Shown: positions 58,578-64,000 of the stretch, piece after piece | Layout: each line of letters begins with the position of its first letter | Numbering within the stretch: position 1 is the first letter of the stretch | NCBI GenBank assembly: GCA_017427885.1 | Contig: JAFRRW010000013.1 | Location: 70,828-134,827 of the forward strand | DNA from: Bacteroidales bacterium | GTDB lineage: Bacteria; Bacteroidota; Bacteroidia; Bacteroidales; UBA932 | DNA length: 64,000 bases | Direction: 5' to 3' | Program-made: the position numbers and the translations under genes | The notes under the pieces: generated by a model | The model's input: the letters and a program-made list of their open reading frames with translations, nothing else | Database searches by the model: none | What the model was told of the DNA's origin: nothing

Positions 58578-59666
58578 ATGAGGGTTAAACTGCTTGACAA
58601 ATACATATTCAGGAAGTTCATGGTGACCTTCTTCATGGCCATCATCCTGATCGTCGGAATCGTGATCATCTTCGACATAAGCGAGAAGATAGACGATTTC
58701 GTTGCCAAGGAGGCTCCGCTCCGCGCCATAATCCTGGACTACTACGTGAACTTCGTGCCCTACTTCATGAATATGTTCAGCCCGCTGTTCGTGTTCATTT
58801 CGGTGATTTTCTTCACGTCGATTATGGCGTCGAATTCGGAGATAATCGCGATCCTTTCCTGCGGCGTGAGTTACAAGAGGCTGCTGATGCCTTATATGGC
58901 GGCCGCAGCCGTGATCGCACTTTTCTCCCTGGCCTTAAGCCTGTATGTGATTCCCAACGGCAATGTGAAGAGAGTCGCGTTCGAGACGAGATATACCAAA
59001 CTGAACCGTAATGCCCTGTCCGTGAAGAACGTTCACTACCAGCTCAATCCGGGACAGTTCGTCTTCGTGTCGTCGTTCAGCGCCTGGAACAACACTGCAT
59101 ACGACTTTACCCTGGAGGAAATGAAGGACAACAGGCTCGTGAGCAAACTATCGGCCGAATCGGCGAAATGGGACAGCACCAAGGCGGGGTGGGTCCTGAA
59201 GAACTGGTTCATAAGGGATTACTCCCAGGGCCTGGAGGACAGGGTGCGTTCCGGGGCAAGGCTCGACACGGTGCTGAGCCTCACGGTGACCGACTTCTAC
59301 AGGAACAAGAAGACGGTGGAGGCCCTCCCGATTCGGCAGCTTAACCAGCTCATCCGGGTGCAGAAGTCCAGGGGGGACGCCAACGTGATGTATTCCCAGC
59401 TGGAGAAGCACCAGAGGTATTCTATGCCCTTCTCGGCCTTCATCCTCACCATCATAGGAGTGACCCTGTCGTCCAGGAAGAAGAGGGGAGGGATAGGCTG
59501 GAACATCGGCATAGGCATAGCCTTGAGTTTCACTTATATACTCTTCATGAGATTCAGCCAGATGTTCGTATATACGGGGTCGATGCCGGCGGTGGTCGCC
59601 CTGTGGATACCGAATGTCCTGTATGCGATAGTTGCCTTGATATTGTATAAACTAGCTCAAAAATAA
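58578..59666 (+). CDS. LptF/LptG family LPS export permease
   Basis: Start MRVKLLDKYI, SEIIAILSCGVS..RLL.P and 6 TM helices. Confidence 0.88.
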   Translation: MRVKLLDKYIFRKFMVTFFMAIILIVGIVIIFDISEKIDDFVAKEAPLRAIILDYYVNFVPYFMNMFSPLFVFISVIFFTSIMASNSEIIAILSCGVSYKRLLMPYMAAAAVIALFSLALSLYVIPNGNVKRVAFETRYTKLNRNALSVKNVHYQLNPGQFVFVSSFSAWNNTAYDFTLEEMKDNRLVSKLSAESAKWDSTKAGWVLKNWFIRDYSQGLEDRVRSGARLDTVLSLTVTDFYRNKKTVEALPIRQLNQLIRVQKSRGDANVMYSQLEKHQRYSMPFSAFILTIIGVTLSSRKKRGGIGWNIGIGIALSFTYILFMRFSQMFVYTGSMPAVVALWIPNVLYAIVALILYKLAQK

Positions 59667-59682
59667 CCAAACCCAAACCAAA

Positions 59683-60888
59683 ATGTCTGAACAAAAACTT
59701 TCTCCGGTCAAACGTACCGTCACAGGCGTACAGTTCATGTTCGTCGCCTTCGGATCCACCGTCCTCGTTCCGCTTTTAGTAGGTTTCGACCCTGCGATAG
59801 CCCTCCTCGCCGCCGGTCTTGGAACCCTTCTGTTCCACCTTGTCACCGGTGGTAAGGTGCCCATCTACCTCGGCAGCAGTTTCGCGTTCATCGCCCCCAT
59901 CATCAAGGCTACCGAGCTTTACGGCCTTCCCGGAATGTTCTGCGGCCTCGTTGCCGTGGGTGTGGTGTATATGATAATGAGTTTGCTGGTCAAGTTGTTC
60001 GGCCTGGATCTGATCAAGAAGCTTTTCCCTCCCGTGGTGATCGGTCCCGTCATCATCCTCATCGGTCTCTGCCTTGCAACCACCGGTGTCGACATGGCCA
60101 GCAAGAACTGGATACTGGCCCTCATCTCCCTTGCGGTCGCCGTCGCCTGCTCCATCTGGGGCAAGGGTATGATAAAGCTCATCCCCGTGGTGTTCGGAGC
60201 AATTGCGGGTTATATAGCGGCGGTCCTGTTCTTCCGTGGAACAATGGACTTCTCCGGAGTCGCCTCGGCCCCCTGGTTCCAGCTGCCCCATCTCTCCAAG
60301 ATGTCCTTCTCCTGGCAGGCCATCCTCTTCATGGCCCCCGTCGCGATAGCCCCTATCATCGAGCACGTCGGTGACATTTACGCAATCAGTGAGATCGCGG
60401 ACAAGGACTTCATCAAGGATCCCGGTCTGCACCGTACGATGTTCGGAGACGGCCTTGCCTGCTGCCTCGCCGCCTTCCTCGGAGGCGCTCCCGTCACCAC
60501 CTATTCCGAGGTCACCGGAGCCGTTTCGCTCACAAAGGTCACCGATCCTGCGGCGATGAGGATAGCGGCCCTGTCCGCCATTATCGTTTCCCTCGTCGGC
60601 AAGGTCGGCGCCGCCATCCAGACCATCCCTACGGCGGTGCTCGGCGGAATTATGCTCCTCCTCTTCGGAAGCATCGCAGCCGTCGGTATCAACAACCTGG
60701 TCAAAGCGAAGGTGGATATGACCTCCACCCGCAACCTCATCATAGTCTCCATCATCCTCACCATCGGCATCGGCGGAGCCGTCGTTTCCTTCGGCAAGTT
60801 CTCCCTCGCCGGAATCGGCCTTGCCTCCATCGTGGGCGTGATACTGAACCTCATCATCCCCAAGGACAAGCAGGTTCAGAAGGCGTAA
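59683..60888 (+). CDS. uraA: Uracil/xanthine permease
   Basis: YLGSSFAF, EHVGD, TTYSE and P.AVLGG. Confidence 0.88.
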   Translation: MSEQKLSPVKRTVTGVQFMFVAFGSTVLVPLLVGFDPAIALLAAGLGTLLFHLVTGGKVPIYLGSSFAFIAPIIKATELYGLPGMFCGLVAVGVVYMIMSLLVKLFGLDLIKKLFPPVVIGPVIILIGLCLATTGVDMASKNWILALISLAVAVACSIWGKGMIKLIPVVFGAIAGYIAAVLFFRGTMDFSGVASAPWFQLPHLSKMSFSWQAILFMAPVAIAPIIEHVGDIYAISEIADKDFIKDPGLHRTMFGDGLACCLAAFLGGAPVTTYSEVTGAVSLTKVTDPAAMRIAALSAIIVSLVGKVGAAIQTIPTAVLGGIMLLLFGSIAAVGINNLVKAKVDMTSTRNLIIVSIILTIGIGGAVVSFGKFSLAGIGLASIVGVILNLIIPKDKQVQKA

Positions 60889-60897
60889 GGCTGAGAT

Positions 60898-61332
60898 ATG
60901 AAGGTCAAGATAGTCAACAGAAGCCGCTGGCCCGATCCGGCATACGCCACCGAGGCGTCTGCCGGAATGGACCTGCGTGCGGACACCGAAGCCCCCGTCG
61001 TCCTCGCCCCTCTGGAGAGGGCCCTCGTCCCCACGGGGATATTCATACAGCTACCGGTAGGTTATGAGGCGCAGATCCGTCCCAGGAGCGGCCTCGCCAC
61101 CAAGAGGGGAGTGACCGTGATCAATACCCCGGGCACTGTGGACGCCGACTACCGCGGGGAAATAAAGGTGTCCTTGGTGAACCTCTCGTCCCAGGAACAG
61201 GCCATCGAGCCGGGGGAGAGGATTGCACAGATGATTGTCGCCCGCCACGAAAAGGTGGAATGGGAAGACGTCGACGCCCTCGATGAGACCGAAAGGGGAG
61301 CCGGAGGCTGGGGGTCGACCGGAGCGAAGTAA
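60898..61332 (+). CDS. dut: dUTP diphosphatase
   Basis: [22 protein letters not shown] and [10 protein letters not shown]. Confidence 0.96.
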   Translation: MKVKIVNRSRWPDPAYATEASAGMDLRADTEAPVVLAPLERALVPTGIFIQLPVGYEAQIRPRSGLATKRGVTVINTPGTVDADYRGEIKVSLVNLSSQEQAIEPGERIAQMIVARHEKVEWEDVDALDETERGAGGWGSTGAK

Positions 61333-61341
61333 GATAATAAT

Positions 61342-62697
61342 ATGGATATCAAAGATTTATACGGGCTGTTCCAGTCCAGTGCGGGAGTGTCGACCGACAG
61401 TCGCAACATCCGTCCCGGGGAATTGTTCATAGGATTGAAAGGGGAGAATTTCGACGGAGGGGATTATGCCCTTAAAGCCCTTTCCGACGGGGCCCTCAGG
61501 GCCGTGGTGAACGCCGGTTCATCCGCTGCCGCATCAGGTAATCCGGGGATAATCGTTGTTCCTGACACCCTTGAGACACTCCGTCAGCTGGCCAGGTACC
61601 ACAGGGAGAACACCTTCGTGGGAGGAAGGAGGCTGACTGTCCTGGGACTTACCGGCACAAACGGAAAGACAACGACCAAGAACCTTATTACCAGGGTGTT
61701 GTCAAAGAAATACCGGGTAACCGCCACCGAAGGGAACCTGAACAATGACATCGGGGTGCCCCTCTCCCTGCTCAAGATAGATTCATCTACTGAACTGGCG
61801 GTGATAGAGATGGGTGCCAGCCATCCTGACGACATCGCCCACCTGGTGGAGGTGGCAGAACCCGACTACGGCCTCATTACCAACGTCGGCAAGGCGCACC
61901 TGCTCGGTTTCGGCAGTTTCGAAGGGGTGAAAAAGGCCAAGGGACAGCTTTACGACTGGGTCCTGGCCCACGGCAAGGCCGTATTCGTCAATGCCGACGA
62001 CCCCGTGCTTGCGTCCATGGCCGCCGATAGGGAAGGTCTGGAAACGATTTCCTATGGAATTGAGTATTCCGGTTCGGTTGTCCTGCCATCCGATCCGTCC
62101 CATCCTTTCCTCCGTATGGCCGTCCCTTCGGGAAGGCCGGAAAAGGAGGGGGTGGAGACTCTCATCGGGATTGAAACCCATCTGGTAGGTTCATACAACG
62201 CAGCCAATGTGATGGCTGCGATAGCCGTTGGTTCTTTCTTCGGGGTCGGAATCGAAGACGCAATCGCCGCCGTCGAGGAGTTCGTCCCGGAAAACAGCCG
62301 TTCCCAGATGATGCGTACCGGGAGCAATACCGTCATAGCCGACGCCTACAACGCAAATCCGTCCAGCATGGCTGCGGCCCTGGACAATTTCTCGATGGTG
62401 GAGGCTCCTTCGAAGATAGTCCTGCTTGGGGATATGAGGGAATTGGGAGGAGATTCCCAAAAGGAACACGAGGCTGTCGTAAGGAGGCTGGAAACCCTTT
62501 CTCCCGATTTGGCCTGCCTGGTCGGCGAAGAGTTCGCCAAGGCGGTAGCATCCGTGGGGAAGGCCCCCTGGATGAGGTTGTTCGGTACTTCTGACGAACT
62601 GGCTTCCTGGCTGAGGGAAAATCCCGTAAAGGACTCCGTGGTGCTGGTAAAGGGCTCCCGGGGAATCCGGATGGAGAAGGCTATCGAAGCTTTGTAA
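61342..62697 (+). CDS. murF: UDP-MurNAc-tripeptide:D-Ala-D-Ala ligase
   Basis: TDSR, TGTNGKTT, GNLNNDIGVP, DAYNANPSSM and KGSRG. Confidence 0.95.
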   Translation: MDIKDLYGLFQSSAGVSTDSRNIRPGELFIGLKGENFDGGDYALKALSDGALRAVVNAGSSAAASGNPGIIVVPDTLETLRQLARYHRENTFVGGRRLTVLGLTGTNGKTTTKNLITRVLSKKYRVTATEGNLNNDIGVPLSLLKIDSSTELAVIEMGASHPDDIAHLVEVAEPDYGLITNVGKAHLLGFGSFEGVKKAKGQLYDWVLAHGKAVFVNADDPVLASMAADREGLETISYGIEYSGSVVLPSDPSHPFLRMAVPSGRPEKEGVETLIGIETHLVGSYNAANVMAAIAVGSFFGVGIEDAIAAVEEFVPENSRSQMMRTGSNTVIADAYNANPSSMAAALDNFSMVEAPSKIVLLGDMRELGGDSQKEHEAVVRRLETLSPDLACLVGEEFAKAVASVGKAPWMRLFGTSDELASWLRENPVKDSVVLVKGSRGIRMEKAIEAL

Positions 62698-63268
62698 TGG
62701 CCAGCCTGGCCAGGCTGGCCAGGAGATAGCCCGTCAGGAGGCCGAAGATTGCTCCTGCGGTGATGTCACCCAGGAAATGTTTACCCACGAAAACCCTGCT
62801 GATCGATACGAGGACGGCCCAGGAGAATATGAACGACCCGTAGGCGGAATACCTGCGGGTTTCGTCATTCCTGAATCCCATAAAGGTGCAGATTGCGAAG
62901 GAGAAGGTGTTTGCCGCGTGGCTGGAGAAGAATCCTAAGAGGCTTCCGCGTTTCTCCAGGAGATGGATTCCTCCCCTGAGCATTTCGGTGTCGTATGCCG
63001 GCCGGAGCCTGCTCACGGAGTATTTCACGAGGTTTGACACGAAATCCGACAGAGCGAAGGCGGCCGCGACCGAGGCTATCACTATTAGGGCCTTCTTCCA
63101 GCCAAGCCTGTAGAACAGCATCACCGCCACGGCGATGTAGAGTGGATACCAGACTTCCTTGTCGCTGAAGAACTGCCACACTCCATCGGTCCAGGGAGTG
63201 CTGAGGGAATTGACGGAGAGGGTGAGCTGGCGGTCGATGTCCTGCAGATTCCGGAGTAATTCTGTCAT
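62681..63268 (-). CDS. PAP2-family phosphatase
   Basis: K...RLRP, FFSSH and SRVFVGKH motifs. Confidence 0.88.
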   Translation of the reverse strand: MTELLRNLQDIDRQLTLSVNSLSTPWTDGVWQFFSDKEVWYPLYIAVAVMLFYRLGWKKALIVIASVAAAFALSDFVSNLVKYSVSRLRPAYDTEMLRGGIHLLEKRGSLLGFFSSHAANTFSFAICTFMGFRNDETRRYSAYGSFIFSWAVLVSISRVFVGKHFLGDITAGAIFGLLTGYLLASLARLAITKLR

Positions 63269-63274
63269 CGTGCT

Positions 63275-64000
63275 TTATCCGTTTAGGGCCTTCCAGAGAA
63301 TGTCCTTGAGTTCCTGAATACCCATTCCCGATACTGAGGAGATGAGGACCGAGGGGATGCCTTTCGGCAGGGTCTTGCGTATTTCCTTTAGCCTGTCCTC
63401 ATCGGCTAGGTCGCATTTGGTCACGGCCAGCACCCTTTCCTTGTCGAGAAGCTGGGGGTTGTATTCCTTGAGTTCGTTCAGCAGTATGCCGTAGCTGCGG
63501 GATATGACGTCCTCTTCCGAGGAGACCATGAACAGCAGGACGGAGTTCCTTTCAATATGACGCAGGAACCTGATTCCCAGTCCCTTGCCGTCGTGCGCCC
63601 CTTCAATGATTCCGGGGATGTCAGCCATCACGAAGGAGGTGTCGTCGCGATGGCGGACGATTCCGAGGTTGGGCTCCAGCGTGGTGAAGGCGTAACTGGC
63701 GATCTTTGGTTTGGCGGAGGTGATCGTCGAGAGCAGGGTGGATTTGCCCGCGTTGGGGAAGCCTACCAGGCCTACGTCGGCGAGGAGCTTGAGTTCCAGT
63801 ATGAACCAGCCCTCTTCACCGTCCTCTCCGGGTTGGGCGAAACGGGGCGTCTGGTTCGTGGCGCTCTTGAAATTGTCGTTCCCGAGGCCTCCGCGCCCTC
63901 CACGGCAGAGAATCCTTTCCGCCCCCGGTTCCACCATCTCGAAAAGCACCTTTCCGCTCTCGGCCTCTTTCACGACAGTGCCGACCGGCACTTCCAGAGT
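63275..64000 (-). CDS. obgE: GTPase ObgE (5' part outside window)
   Basis: [38 protein letters not shown] and DIPGIIEGA. Confidence 0.96.
   Translation of the reverse strand, partial: TLEVPVGTVVKEAESGKVLFEMVEPGAERILCRGGRGGLGNDNFKSATNQTPRFAQPGEDGEEGWFILELKLLADVGLVGFPNAGKSTLLSTITSAKPKIASYAFTTLEPNLGIVRHRDDTSFVMADIPGIIEGAHDGKGLGIRFLRHIERNSVLLFMVSSEEDVISRSYGILLNELKEYNPQLLDKERVLAVTKCDLADEDRLKEIRKTLPKGIPSVLISSVSGMGIQELKDILWKALNG

Noticed and set aside
62094-62157. Nested hairpin in murF (GGCC-TCCC-GAA-GGGA-GGCC on the minus strand)
   Set aside because: Short, low-complexity purine/pyrimidine pairing that overlaps conserved codons. Plausibly chance.

Overview
GC-rich Bacteroidales chromosomal segment, with TAnnTTTG promoter boxes throughout and mostly housekeeping genes. 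The core genes are nfnAB, pyrF, clpXP, a PtpA-like peptidase, tRNA-Glu, rpmE2, glmM, a Na+-decarboxylase plus V-ATPase superoperon, recF, pdxB, ffh, dsbD, rny/6S/zapA, nadE, tgt, uraA, dut, murF and obgE. Accessory genes are a SpvB/FG-GAP (Tc/RHS-type) ORF running off the left edge that the ORF track misses, orphan GH2 and GH28-like enzymes, and a type V pilus cluster. The most striking signal is an unnamed superfamily of ~70-80 bp structured palindromic elements. It has 4 intergenic copies with compensatory base changes, plus copies inserted in frame inside pyrF, dsbD (twice) and probably glmM. Their shared architecture (long stem, tandem GA/GA, cG(N)NAg mini-hairpin, all folding best on the + strand) looks like folded single-stranded DNA rather than RNA. 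Two further hairpin repeat families, a glutaminase-dead NadE and a degenerate NamZ homologue were also noticed. All calls come from reading motifs by eye. No database searches or folding programs were run.
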